Part shown: positions 13,401 through 27,030 of the stretch, in pieces
Numbering within the stretch: the first letter of the stretch is position 1
How the letters are laid out: each line of letters opens with the position of its first letter
NCBI RefSeq assembly: GCF_009914755.1
Contig: NC_060928.1
Source of the DNA: the human T2T-CHM13v2.0 reference genome, Homo sapiens
DNA length: 64,000 bases
Reading direction: 5' to 3' (one strand)
Translations under genes and position numbers: made by a program
The notes under the pieces: generated by a model
The model's database searches: none
The model's input: the letters and a program-made list of their open reading frames with translations, nothing else
Told to the model about the DNA's origin: nothing

Positions 13401-14999
13401 TATTAATATATCTTTAAAGGAAGGCTCATTCCTGGAGATTTTACATTTTATTTCCAGAAAAGCCAAGAACAAATGTGAATATGACTGATAGCTAATTTTT
13501 TCTCTCCTTTCTTCTTTTTCTTGTTGCCGATGATGATGGCCCTTCAGGGGACAAAGGGACAGAAGACACAAAATGCATTCTTTGGAGTTGGGTTTAGACA
13601 CCTTCAGTTTTCTGCTAAAAAGTTCTAGTCTGGTTGACCCCGAATCCTCTTAGTGTTTGATCATGGACACGCTGACAGTACCGTCACCCGCATGCCTACA
13701 CAGAGGATGGCAAAGAGGAGGGGCTGAAGGCCCACTAAAGCACTTTCGTCGTTGACAACATTGGCAGTGACCTTAATCAGTGACTCTCTAAGCTTTTTAG
13801 CACTGACAGAAATAACCGTTTTTTTCCACTCTGTCTATTTTCATCATAGACACTTTTTCCTCTGATCTTCAGATATGATACAGGTCCATAGGTTTGTAGC
13901 GCTTTAGAAATCCGGTCAGTGTACTCTTCTTCCGTTTGCATTATGATTCTTATCAAAATCCCCCAAATATATATTTAAGGAGACTTGACTGGAAAAAATC
14001 TCAGAATATAGAAAAATATCTATCTATGAACAGAGAAATTGGTCAGTTTAAGTCCATTTTAAATAATCAGTTTAGTTACCACTCTTTATAAACCTGTACA
14101 GAATACGAATGGCTCTAAATTGTATACTATATTCATTTTCTTTAAATCCATAGGTCTTAGTTATTTTTCTAAATATTTGCAAGGGGTATGAAATTCCTGA
14201 AAGCTGAAAATGGTTTTTGCAAGGGAAAAGTTAACAGTAAATGATTATTTTAATTCGTTTGATATTTGGAAACCATAATCTTGATTGCATGGCTAAACTC
14301 AATAGCACCCTTAAGTAATTATTCTCCATAAATTAACGTGCTATTTCTATCTTCTGTAATTTTCAAGAAATCAAGGCTGTTAACTCTAAGCTATAGCTAA
14401 AATCACAGTGAATCTAGAAGTTTCTAACATCCTCCTGGTTAACTGTGTGGTGATCAGTTGTGGCTAATTCCTCATGAGGATGGACTAAACAACCAAACCA
14501 ACTGCTCCTCCACGCGGTTACTTAGTTTATGTAGATACTGCCTTGCTTTGTTTCTTCGGCATATAATTGCAAGTAATAAAAATCCTGTAATTGTAAAAGA
14601 ATGAGAAGTCACTGCAATTATATATTTACAATTTATAGCTTTTGAAATGATTATTTTTGTCATTTATTCTAATCTGTGAACCCTAGCCAGGCTAAGTCCT
14701 GAATCACTGCGTGATGTTCAAGAGAGGCTGCTTTTCAGAAAAGAGAACAACGGCCCTGGTGTGTGTAGAATAACCGAATATCAGGCCAGCTCCATTGCCC
14801 CACATTTTTTACTGTCATTTTTTCATCTATCCAAGTCAACAAACAAGACAAATAACCACTTTTCCGTATTAACCCTGCCTGAATTTTAAAGCATTCTGCG
14901 TTTGAACACAGCCTCCTCCATAAAACTTTCGTCACTTGTCTTTCCTAAGGCCACAGTCTTCAGAGACTCCTTCCTCTTCTCTGATTGCTTCCTCCCTCC

Positions 15000-15790
15000 T
15001 AGATGGGAGTCTGTCCATATATCCCCTCCCTTTATATTCTATACTGTCCCTCGGCGATCTCATCTAACCTCATTGCCTTAATGATCACTTTTCTGAAACT
15101 TGAAGTTTTGTTTTGTTTCGTTTTAAATCTCTGAGCCTTGGACCACACTGATTCCCCTGCTACAGATCCCCCAATAAACCTCTGCTTCTCATCATGCATT
15201 ATTATAATCCTCTGCTTCTCATCAGTTTGTCTCCATCAGCTGGGAATTCCATGAGGCCTGGACTCGTAGCTTTCTAATTTCACCGTGGAATTTCTAGCAC
15301 AGTGCCCGAATTGTTACGAGTGACTTAATCGCTACTCTCACAGTTTCACCTCAGTTCCAATCCCTCTGAAAAATTTCTTCAATCAAACTGAAATACATCA
15401 AATTTCCCCTCCTATTTCCATTATATTCAAACTCTGCAGCTTGGTCATTTTGTCCCCCGGACTTGGGCTGCCCCCATCCAATCTTCCTGCCCCAGGCCCT
15501 GCCTTGAAGACCATACTCATCCTCAGTCTCCATTTAGGCCCCACCTCCTCCAAAAAGTATCACCCCTCCCGTTGGAAGTCACCTCTTCTGCCTCCTGACT
15601 CCCAGAACATTTGATTATACCTCTTTTATGATACTCACCAGTTTGGTATATTTATTACACTTCTTTGTTTGCTTAATTTCCTTGAAGAAAAAGTTTTACA
15701 ATAGACAGCTACAGATCTCCTGTACCACCTGGTACATGCAAAGATAGCAATTGCTTGTTACATGACTGAGCAAACGAGTTATCATTTTAT
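15000..15790 (+). mobile_element. Degraded L2 fragments
   Basis: ctatactgtccctcggcgatctcatctaacctcattgc and gaattccatgaggcctgg...ctagcacagtgcccg resemble L2 body and 3' end. Confidence 0.5.
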
Positions 15791-15892
15791 AGTTATGTAG
15801 AAAAATACATCAGGAAATAGGTAACATATACTGTTATGATAAAATTAATGTTGTATAGGATAGCAATTTTTCTATTTGTTCTGTTTTTCCAG

Positions 15893-15973
15893 GCTTGTAC
15901 CATAACCAATACCCCTGCTTGGCAACTCTAATGAGCAAACTGCCGCAAAATTGAGAGAGAACACACCTTTTTG
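15893..15973 (+). other. Candidate 81-nt non-coding (5'UTR-type) exon containing uORF MSKLPQN*; possibly an upstream TENM3 exon
   Basis: Acceptor tttttctatttgttctgtttttccAG (AG at 15891-15892) and consensus donor ttG|GTAAGT (GT at 15974). All three frames contain stops; ATG..TGA at 15931-15954. Host gene is inferred from the remembered CCNHP1 location only. Confidence 0.6.
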
Positions 15974-16189
15974 GTAAGTAGCATATGCATTTCTAAATCT
16001 GATGGTAAGCACAAAGCTAATGTTTATGCCTCCATTTTGTTTAAAGTCCTATTTAATAAAAATTGTAGATGTTCTGGTATATTTTCTTGGAGGGAGAGGG
16101 AATTGAGGAAAAGTTTTCAAGAAAACTGTTATTTCTTCCAGACATCTGTATAAAACCTTTCAGTTTTGACACAATGTTGAGGTAATTCC

Positions 16190-16510
16190 CTATATTTCTG
16201 GAAATAATTTATATTTTACGGGAAATTTTTTGGAAGCATAATATGCATTCAGCAAATGTGAGAACCATAAGTGCACAGCTTGATGGGTTTTTACAAAGGG
16301 AGCACATCCTTTCACCAGGACCCACCCCATTAACAAACAGCGTATTCTCCACACGCCAACAGGTATCTCCAGCCCCCAGCCCCTTCTAGTCACACCCCTC
16401 CCACCTCCCTTCCCTCACCCCAGCATGGCTAACCAGGATCATGACTTCTAACACTGCAAATTTATTTCCCCGCTTTTAAATTTTATATAAACAGAGGAAC
16501 TATCTTTTTG
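16190..16510 (-). mobile_element. L1ME/L1MC-type 3' UTR fragment
   Basis: cataatatgcattcagcaaatgtgagaaccataagtgcacagcttgatgggtttttacaaa... is typical of old L1M 3' ends in reverse. Confidence 0.65.
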
Positions 16511-17635
16511 AAGGCCTTAAAAAAGACGAAATTGAGAAAATGAACAAGAAGGCCAAGTGATTTTCTATTTATGTAACAGCTGTTTTGCCAGATGATTTGA
16601 CAACTAATTGGCATTATCTCACCTTTACTCTCAACCCCAGCAAACATCACCTGTTTTAATCGAGGGTCGCTACTGCTTAAGCCTCTACTTGTGTTCTTCT
16701 CATATTTGTGCTTAATAAATTACAACTTGCCCAAGATCAGCAAAGGTATTCATCACGTCAAATGTTTACAGCAACTGCCTTTTATAATTAAAGCAAAAGA
16801 TTGTCTTTTAGCATTGACTGATTAAATTGGTAATTAATATGGGATGAAGATTTTGCATGGTTTCTCAAAGCAACCAAGAAGAGAGAGGTAGATCAGCAAA
16901 CGGCTTAATAACATGTTTCTTAAAGACTTTATTGTATTTAGCATAATAAATGACAAAATAGGGTCGCATTTCTTTATTTCAAGAAAGATAACTGCATTTC
17001 CAGTTATTTATTCCAGAGAAGGCCTTTCCAACAGCCTCTTGATTCCTGCTAATTTTTAGGCCTCTTTCTAAGAAATAGCAATTAAATCCTAACACTTCGA
17101 ATGCTCCACTTAATATTAGGATTTCTACCCATCCTAAATTTCCAAAAAAAAAAACTGTTGCTGACCAATTTTCTTATACTATTATTAAATGTTAGGGTTC
17201 TAATCCTACATTATTAATTTCCATTTTAGGGTATCTGTTTCCTTTCATAAAAAATAATTTCTCATCTAAACCATTTCTTTACATTTAGTGTCATTATTAA
17301 TCTGCAAATCACAGTGTGATATTTTATCTCATCTTATCTATTATATGTTAATTATCTGTTACCCAGAAGAACTTCTTGACTTTGCTCTTAAATTTTAGGA
17401 AACACTTCAGTTTAGAGGGATTTGCAGTCCTCTATATACCTATGTCACCTTACATATGCTTAAACATGTATTTAATTTATCTTTAATTATGTAAATCATG
17501 TATGCAAGAAAAGGATTTAAAGTAATAATTCCTACTCAGTTTTGTTTAAATCTATCTAGGAGTCTTCTAATTAATTTAAGGTTATGCATGTTATAAAGCA
17601 GTTAGTGAGTTGCAAAGTTAAAATTGGTATTAAAT

Positions 17636-17795
17636 AATTGAATTGTTTGTAATCTAAAGGATAAATGCTGAGGGGATGGATACACCCTTCTCCATGATAT
17701 TTTTCACATTCATGCCAGCATCAAAACATCGCATGTAACCACCCATAAATATATACAACTACTAGGTACCCACAAAAATTAAAAATTTAAATTTT
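17636..17795 (+). mobile_element. L1MA/L1PB-type 3' end
   Basis: aaaggataaatgctgaggggatggatac...catgtaaccacccataaatatatacaactactaggtacccacaaaaattaaaaa. Confidence 0.85.
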
Positions 17796-20454
17796 TTGAA
17801 ACCAAGACTTTGAGATTTAGAGAGATGTATAAGCTTAACATTTATGGAGTGCACTGAGAATTTGCTTGACATTCTTCAGAAAAAAGGGACAACCTAGTCA
17901 CTGCCTAATGGGATTTGTGTCTAAATTAGTAGAAAGTAAATAAAATATCACAAGAACGCTCAACAAACAATAAAAATAATAAAATTGGCATTAAAATGCA
18001 CAATTTGACAGTATCTCAACTTAAAAAAATGTTGGAAATTGCAGAAGTAGACACATGGAAATACTCCATTGAGCCATTAATGTGAAAAACAAGAAGTTAT
18101 TTCTGTAATGAAGACAAGGGCAATTCTACTTATCCACAACCAATGAACAAGCACCGTTCTGTCTACCATGAAGGTTGGTTTTACCTACCCTTGACCTTCA
18201 TTGAAAGGTAATCATGCAACGTGTGCATTTCTGCTTCTGGCTTCTTTCATTCAACGTGATGTTTTTCAGTTCCATACCTGTTGTTGAGTATGACAGTAGT
18301 CATACATTTATTTTTTACTCTTGAATAGTATTTCATTGATTAATATGCCACAAATTTTTAATCATTCTCCTCCTGTATATTTGGGTTGTTTCCAAGTTTT
18401 AGATACTATGATTCAAGCTATTATGAACGTTGTTGTAGAAGTCTTTTTGTGGCCATATGTATTCATTTCTCTGGGGATAATACCAAGGAATAAAATTGCT
18501 GGTTAGCTTATAACACACTGTCTAGCAGTATTTTCGAGTCTTTGTCCCATGTTACACTCTCACTAGAAATGGATGAGCACTCCATTTGTCCCAAATAACA
18601 ATTGGTGTTATTATTCTTCTGGGTTTAACTTTCTTGTGATCTCACTGTGGCTTTAGTTTACATTATCCTTATGACTAATGATGCATATTTTCATGTGCTT
18701 GTTAGCCATTCATGAGTCTGCCTTTTTTGGAGTGTCTATTTGAGTCCTTTGCCCATTAGATATGCTTGTCTGACTTGCTTTTAAAGTATCTTTTGGGTAT
18801 TTGGGTATTTGCTTTTTGGATGTTTTCCTTTAAAATATCTTTTGGGTAGACCTTTGTCAGATTTTATGTACTATGAATATTTTCATTCAGTTAGTGACTT
18901 GCCTTATTTCTTAATGATGTCTTATGATAAATAGGCTTTTTTAAATTTTGATGACATTGATCAATATTTTCTTTTGTTCTTGGTGCTTTCTGTATCCTCT
19001 CTAAAAAATATTTGCCAATACCAGGTTTGAAAATCTTTATAGTTTTGATGCAATTGGATCTATGATTATCTTGAATTAGTTTTTTATGCATAGTGTGAAG
19101 TAGGGGTTGAAATGCATTTATTTTTATATGTTCACACAATTATTTCAATATAGCAAAAAAATCACTTCTTTTCAAATTGAATAGCTTTTGAATTTTAGTG
19201 AACGTTGATGGGTCATATGTGTCTATTTCTGAACTGTTTATTCTATTTTATTGATCTATTCTATTATCCCTATATCAATACCACACTAAGAACACTGTAG
19301 TCTTGATATCAGGTGATATAAGTCCCCCAATTTTATTCTTCTTTTTCATGAACTTTTCTAGCCATTTTAGATCCTTTACAATTCCATATATGGCTTAGAA
19401 TCAACTAGTCATTTTCTATAAAAGAGCTTTTTGAGATTTTGATTGACATTACATTGAATCTATAGTTCAATTTGAAGAAAAATGGCTATTTTAACAATTT
19501 TGAGTCTTCCAATCCATGAATATGGTAACTCTCTCCTTTTATTTAGATCTTTTATAATATTTTGTATTTTTTAGTTTAGAGCTCTCTAGTAGATTTTTTA
19601 TAGATTCCTTTGAATATTTATGTAAACAGTCATTTTGTCTATGAATAAAGAGTTTTACTTCATCTTTTCCAAACTTTATGCCTTTTATGTCTTTCTCTTT
19701 ACTTATTGTACTGTCTCAGACTATCCATACAATGTTGAATAGAAGCGGTGAGAACAAAGTATATTTGCCTGGTTTCTGATCTCAGGAAAGGAAAAAATAT
19801 TCAATATTTTGTTATTAAGTTTGACATTAACTTCAGGCTTTTCATAGATGTTTTCTCAGACTAAGGAGGTTCCTTTTTATTCCTACTTTGTTAAGTGTGT
19901 TTTATAATCAAAGGGTGTTCAGTTTTGTCAAAAGCTTTCCTTCCTTCATACATTGAAATGATTATATGGTCTTTCTTCCTTTTCTGATAATTTGGTGAAT
20001 TAAATTGATTTTTTAAGTGCTAAGCCCATCTTGCATTCCTGGGATAAACCCTCATTTGATCATAAGGTATGGCTATTTTATGTAATCCTAGATCTGACTT
20101 GATAGTGTTTTGCTAAAACTTATTTATGTCTATATTCAGGAGAAATATTGGTTTCTATATTTTCTTGAAATATTTTTGTCAAGTTTTATTCCAAGACACT
20201 GTTGGCCTCATTAAATGAGCTGGAAAGTATTTAAATATTTCCTCCTTTTGTGTTTTCTTAAATAATTTGTGTACATTTATATGTTTCATAAAATTTTTAT
20301 AGAAATTCACCAGAGCATCCATGTAGGCTTGGAATTATCTTGGTGGGGAGCTTTTTCATTGCAATTTAAATATATGTGTGTATACATATATAATATTTAT
20401 ATATATATAAAGTTATTCAGGTTTTCTGCTTTTTGTGTTAATATTTGCAGGGTT

Positions 20455-20672
20455 TTACTTTTTTTAAACTTTTATTTTAAACTTTTATATTACATGTGCA
20501 GGTTCGTTACATAGGTAAACTTGTGTCATGAGGGTTTGTTGTACACGTTATTTCATCACCCAGGTATTAAGCCCAGTACCCATTAGTTATTTTTCCTGAT
20601 CCTCCCCCTCCTTCCACCCTCTGCCTTCTGATAGGCCCCAGTGTGTGTTGTTCCCCTCTATGTGTCGATGTG
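20455..20672 (-). mobile_element. L1PA (older, L1PA13-16-like) 3' end nested in the L1M
   Basis: tacatgtgcaggttcgttacataggtaaacttgtgtcatg...tttcatcacccaggtattaagc...ggccccagtgtgtgttgttcccctc. Confidence 0.85.
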
Positions 20673-21208
20673 ACAAACAGTGTTGTTCAATATACTTATT
20701 TCATTTAAGTCGTAAAGTGTATTTACACAAATGTCCATAATATTTCTTTATTATCCTTTGAATGTCTCTATGAATTGTGTTCATATTCCCTCTTTCATTT
20801 TTTGATATTGATTATTTTTGTTTTCAGATTTTTTTCTTGATCAGTCTTGCTGGGGCCCATTAATTTTATTAGCCTTGGTACCAGCATGAGAACGGACAGA
20901 GGTATTGAAGTCTTACTGGGAGGAGGAGTTCAGACTTGTTCTTACTTCTGGAGCCTTTGTCCTCAGCTCCTCTAACAAACTTAACTCATTTACATTTCAG
21001 CTGTCATCACCTGGCCTTATGAAAAACACATAGTATCAACATTTGGATTTGTTGATTTTCTTTATTTTTATTTTTTCTTAATTAATTGCCTTATTCTCTT
21101 ATTTTTACTATTTCCTTTCATTTTCTTACTTTGATTTTTATGTGATCTTTTTTCAGATACTTAGGAGGTAATTAAAATTATTAGCTTTAAGTCTTACTTC
21201 TCTTCTAA

Positions 21209-21510
<302 letters not shown>

Positions 21511-21878
21511 TAATATAAGTATTTTAATGCTACCAATTTTCCTTGAATCTCTGCTTTAACTGCATTCCATAAATTTTTATTCATGGTGTTTTTATCATCA
21601 TTTAACTCAAAATATTTTCTGATTTCTCTTATGATTTATTCTTTCATTATGCATCATTTAGAGGCATGTTGTTTTATTTCCAAATAATTGGGGATTTTCT
21701 ATATCTCCTATTCTGATCTCTAATTGAATTCCACTGTCATTAGAGATGTACTTTGTGAGATTTCTATTTTTGGAGATTTATTTAGACATTCTATTTTATA
21801 GCCCAGCATCAGCACAAGATCTATCTTGGCAAATGTTTTAAGTGCATTTGAAAGAAATATGTACTCCGAAGTTCTTGA

Positions 21879-22356
<478 letters not shown>

Positions 22357-23319
22357 GAGTATGGCATTTTGTAAGTATAAATTTATTTAATCTGGTTGAT
22401 CATGTGGTTGACATTTTCTTTATTTTTTATCTACTTATTCTACAAAATACTGACAAAGAAGTGTCAAAAATGTCTAACTATTAGTGTGATTTTGTCAATT
22501 TCCCTTTTTTCTTCTGTCGACATTTGCTTCACATATTTTTGAATCTCTGTTATTAGGTGCATACGCACATACCTGTTGTTGGAGCTGTTCTAAGTTCCTA
22601 ATCAATGAAGACTTTTATTACGATAAAATGTCTCTCTTTCACCCTTACCACTCAGACTGGGTTGGCTTCAACTTCTCTCCATCCTGCATGATAAAAGAGA
22701 TAAACAGAGAGATTAGCCCTCAGCCTCATGAAGAATAGCCAATGCCTGCTTGATCACATGGAATCTTGCCCTCCATTTGTACAACATAAGCGTTAGCCAA
22801 GGACCCACAGAGACTCCACACAGACTTCTACTCCTTCCTCCTATCCCTACCCTGTACCATCCTCCTTTCTGGTACCCTACCATGCATGTTCCAGATGCTA
22901 CAGCAGCCCCGGTGGCTGATCTCTGCCTCCTCTGTTTAATGTTAACACAGTTTTCTACTTGGGCTCTGCTTCTTTGCATGCAATCTGGAAACTGCCACAA
23001 GGCAGGGAGCCAGGACAAATATAGAGTTCCCTTTATGTGCTTCCCTTCTTTCAAAGATCCGTCCTGCACTGCCTGTTGTTCATTGCCTCCATACAGTTAT
23101 TGTATATATCGTGTCCAGTTTTATTGTTTAGGATGGGAGAACACATCCAGGGCCAGTTATTCCCTCACGGCCATGTGTTGACGTGCTTCTGCTTTTTCAT
23201 GTTTTTTAGTGATAGACAAAATAATTGCAGCAAGTCTCTGTTCGCATTTTGGTAGAGTAAAAGGACATCTCATCATCTTCAAATCTAGCCAAATAAAATA
23301 CCCACCAATCTCTCATAAA

Positions 23320-23428
23320 TAAGGCAGATATGTCTGCTGTTTACCTAATGTAGTCCCAGTTAATACCTATTATTAATTTCACTCTCAAAAATATCCTCAC
23401 TTTTGTAATAAATGACCTGGCTATCCTA
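23320..23428. mobile_element. MER94-like hAT-Blackjack DNA transposon relic
   Basis: gtcccagttaatacctattattaatttcactctcaaaaatatcc...ctggctatccta resembles remembered MER94 text ending in ggtcacccta. Confidence 0.5.
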
Positions 23429-25639
23429 TTTATAAATCTTAATAATAGCAATTTGTTAGAGAATCCCATAGTCCAAATTTACCTTCATTATTCATTAGTT
23501 TTTCATATTCAGTTTATCTTTTCCAAATTTAATATTGTTATTTCTTCTTTAGGAACCTATTTTTTTTTTTTACCAGTTTGTAAGTCTTCATACAACCTAC
23601 CTCTCCATTCTCTAACACTCTGAAATAGGTTTTAAATGTGGTCAAAATGTGTCTTTGAGAAATAAACTGCACAACACAAACCATACTTTTATTAGACAAT
23701 TCTTACAGTAGGAAAAACATGTCCCATTTACTCACAAATTTCTCCCTCTCAATGAGTCAAAAGACGACAACACATTGATCTTTCCTGCCATGTTTGATGG
23801 AATTTCCTGCATGGACTCTACGTTCAGAGCCCTGGGTTGGTGTAAGTGTGCCAATGGACAGAGGCCATAAAGTATTATTAGGGGGAGAAGTTAAGATTTG
23901 TTCTTAATTCTGGAGCTTCTGTTCTCAGTTCCCCTGACAAACTTAGTGATTTACATTTTAGCTATCATTACCTGACCTTATGAAAAGCACATAATAACTT
24001 GAATATGCCCAAACATCCCACAGAAAAAAAAAATATGCAGAGAAATCTGTCCCACATTTCCTTACCTTTGGAAAAGAATGAATTACTTAAGCAAAACAGC
24101 ATTTGAAAGTAAATGTGGTATCTTTGGCCATAAATATGCTTCCTCCTCTTTAAAGGTACGATGTCCTCTGGACTATATTTCTGGCCATGGAGTCCATGCC
24201 TTGAGAGCTTAGTAAACATGATATAAGACAAATACTCTTGTTCATTATTTATTTTCTTTGACTATACACCTAGTTAATGCAGACTGACAACTTGAATGGC
24301 TATCCAGTTATTTTTCAATGACCAAGTTATATATCATATTGAGGATAGTAATAAATGTTGAACTTTCAAATCTTATGCAAATATGTTGTATTTCCATATA
24401 TCTCATGTTTGGCAATTTATTACTTTTATGTTTTTATTTTGAAACTATTTATAGCTTATTTAATGTCAGACTTGTACCTACCATGAAATATGGGGAACAC
24501 CTTTCATTAAGTGGAAGGTTTTCTTTTATGACAGAGCTTATAGAAGATTCAAACTGTTAGTCAGAGGCACTTATTTTGAGAGAGTGGCAGCTTGGGTGCT
24601 GTAATACGTTTCCTCTGTTTTAAAACATCCCAAAGAATGCTGTCAGCTCTAAGTTTCTATACCTAGTATCTACTAAATCAGATCAAGCCATTTTTACATA
24701 ACGGTTGCAAATGTGTTTTTTTGAATGTTAAATCTGTTTCTATTTTTCAATCAATTTAAAATGTGTAGAAAAAGTGTTCTGATTGTATATTATCCAATTT
24801 TCATCAGCTGCCGGAAGGAAGTGCTGTGAAAATCTGTGATTTAAAACCCTTAAAACTTCTGCTTGAAATGCATGTTTTGTTAAGAACATTAGATATGCAA
24901 AGTATTTTGAACAGAATTTTGATGTCTTTATTAATAGCATTTAAAAGTTTTAGGATTTCAGATATTCATAGATTGTATTCTCCTTGATTTGCAAGGTCAT
25001 ATATTTTAGGTCTTTATATTTCTCCTTTAGGAAATAATTGGAACTGTGAAGGAAACTGGGAAAAGAAAAATAAAGAAATAATTATATGATTAATAACAAT
25101 TTTATCTTTTCTCAGAGTTATTGGAAAGTGTATTTTATGTAAGATATATATATATAACCACAAATATCAGTAAGCACTTACCTAAAACCGATTGTATATC
25201 AATCGTTTGCCTGTGAGCTGTGTAACATACACATGTCTTGCCTTCCAGGAGTTTGTGATCTAGTGAAATGTATAAAAATATACATGTCAAAGGAGTGGCT
25301 TAAGTACCGTTAGAGTTTAGAGGGGGCAAACAATTTTTTCTTCCTGTAAGACTTTATGTCTGAAGCGGGATTTGAGTTGAGGAATAAAGGTGATACATAA
25401 TAGTAATTCGTGATAAAAATAATATTGAATGACAAATTCAAATGCAATATTTGTTTTATTAAATCTAAGCAACTTAGGTTGGATATAAAAAATAAGGGTG
25501 GAAGATACAAAATAATCCAATTACAGCAGATGCCTTTTTATAGCTATATTTTGTTTCATGCTAATTGAAAAATTAGAAGCAGAAAAACTCTGTTAATTAG
25601 TACTTTCTTTAGTTTTTTTATATTTAGTTTTACCTCCTC

Positions 25640-26060
25640 TATGAGTCAGCATTTATGTTTATCCATATGAAGAGATTGCCAAAAAATCGTGACTTAAACA
25701 TACAGGGATTGATTTTCTCACTTAAGGCAAATCCCAAGGCATAGCAGCTCCATGATGTCACTGGGGTTTCTTTCTAGCCCTTTAACCACCCACCCCTGTG
25801 GTATTGAATCAAGTCCAAGACAGCACCTGGAGCTCCAGTCATCACATCTCTCTTCCAGGCCTACAGCAAGAGGAAGGAACAAAGAAGGGTGCCAGCCCTT
25901 CCTTGAAGGCCTTAAGGAAGTACCACATGCTGCTTTGCTTATACATAACCAGTGGCCAAGAGGTTGTCAAATAGCCACATCTATTACATGGAGGCTGGAA
26001 AATGCAGTCTTCTAGATGGATATGGATTGCCCAGACTAAGGACAGGGTTTGGTGGTAGTG
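25640..26060 (-). mobile_element. MLT1 (J/K-like) ERVL-MaLR LTR
   Basis: agctccagtcatcacatct...; atagccacatctattacatggaggctggaaaatgcagtctt. Confidence 0.65.
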
Positions 26061-26794
26061 GGGAAACAGAGGAGCCTAGTGTAGGCGTATGGCGTTTCTG
26101 TCATTCCTGCTAAACATGTTTAAGGTTCCTGATGCACATTGCGGTGTTACTAATTTGAAACGAGACACCTGACATAAGGGCTGTCACTCACTGGGTGGAT
26201 CTATTGTAGGCACCAGACATATTGTTCAGTCCTTAGGAAGGATCCACCCATTCTAGTTGTCTGCTCAGATGAAGATCATGAAAGAATTCACTGAAAATGA
26301 CTGAACCTAGTTTGAGAATGGTGGACATCTGGCTGTGTGTTTAACTTATATACAAGGCTGTGTATCATTATATTCGGGTGAATGGATAGGTAGGTATGTA
26401 TATAGGTAACATATTGTATAATTAGGTTGATAGAAAAATGGGGGGAAAGGAAAGAAAATGAGGGGGCAGGAAAAGGAAGGGAGGAGAGAAGAGGGAGGAA
26501 CGGAATTGGGGAAAGTTCTTAGCAGTACATCAAGGATAGTCTGGTCTATGGTCTAATCAAAATATATGTCTGTGTATTAACCTATTCGACTCTTTAGTTT
26601 CATAGTGTAGCACATCATTCTACTCTGGGATGCTGTTTTGGTTATGATCTTCAGTGTTTTTGGTAGTTGATTCTTTATTTCCACACTTGTAAATGCTGAG
26701 AGTTTACCTTAAATACTCCCAAAGAAACTTTTTTTCCTAATATTTTATAATATGTTGTCTTCCTTATTTATTTCTTAATAAGATGATGGCTCAT

Positions 26795-27030
26795 CTGTCT
26801 ATTCATTCATCTATCTATATATAATCCTTCCGTCCGTCTATATACCTATTCATCTATCATATCATCTATCTATCATCTTCCCATCCATCCATCCATGCGT
26901 GCATCCATCCATCCATCCATCTGCCTACCTACCTGTCTATCTACCTATCTGTGTGTCTATCTACCTACCTACCTACCTGCTTATCTATCTTTCTGTCTAT
27001 CTATCTATCTACCTCTCTATCTATCTATAT
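26795..27030 (+). repeat. Compound (TCTA/TCCA/CCTA)n tetranucleotide microsatellite
   Basis: Directly visible tandem units. Confidence 0.9.

Noticed and set aside
15179-15224. cctctgcttctcatca direct repeat
   Set aside because: Simple short duplication in a decayed L2 region with no sign of function.
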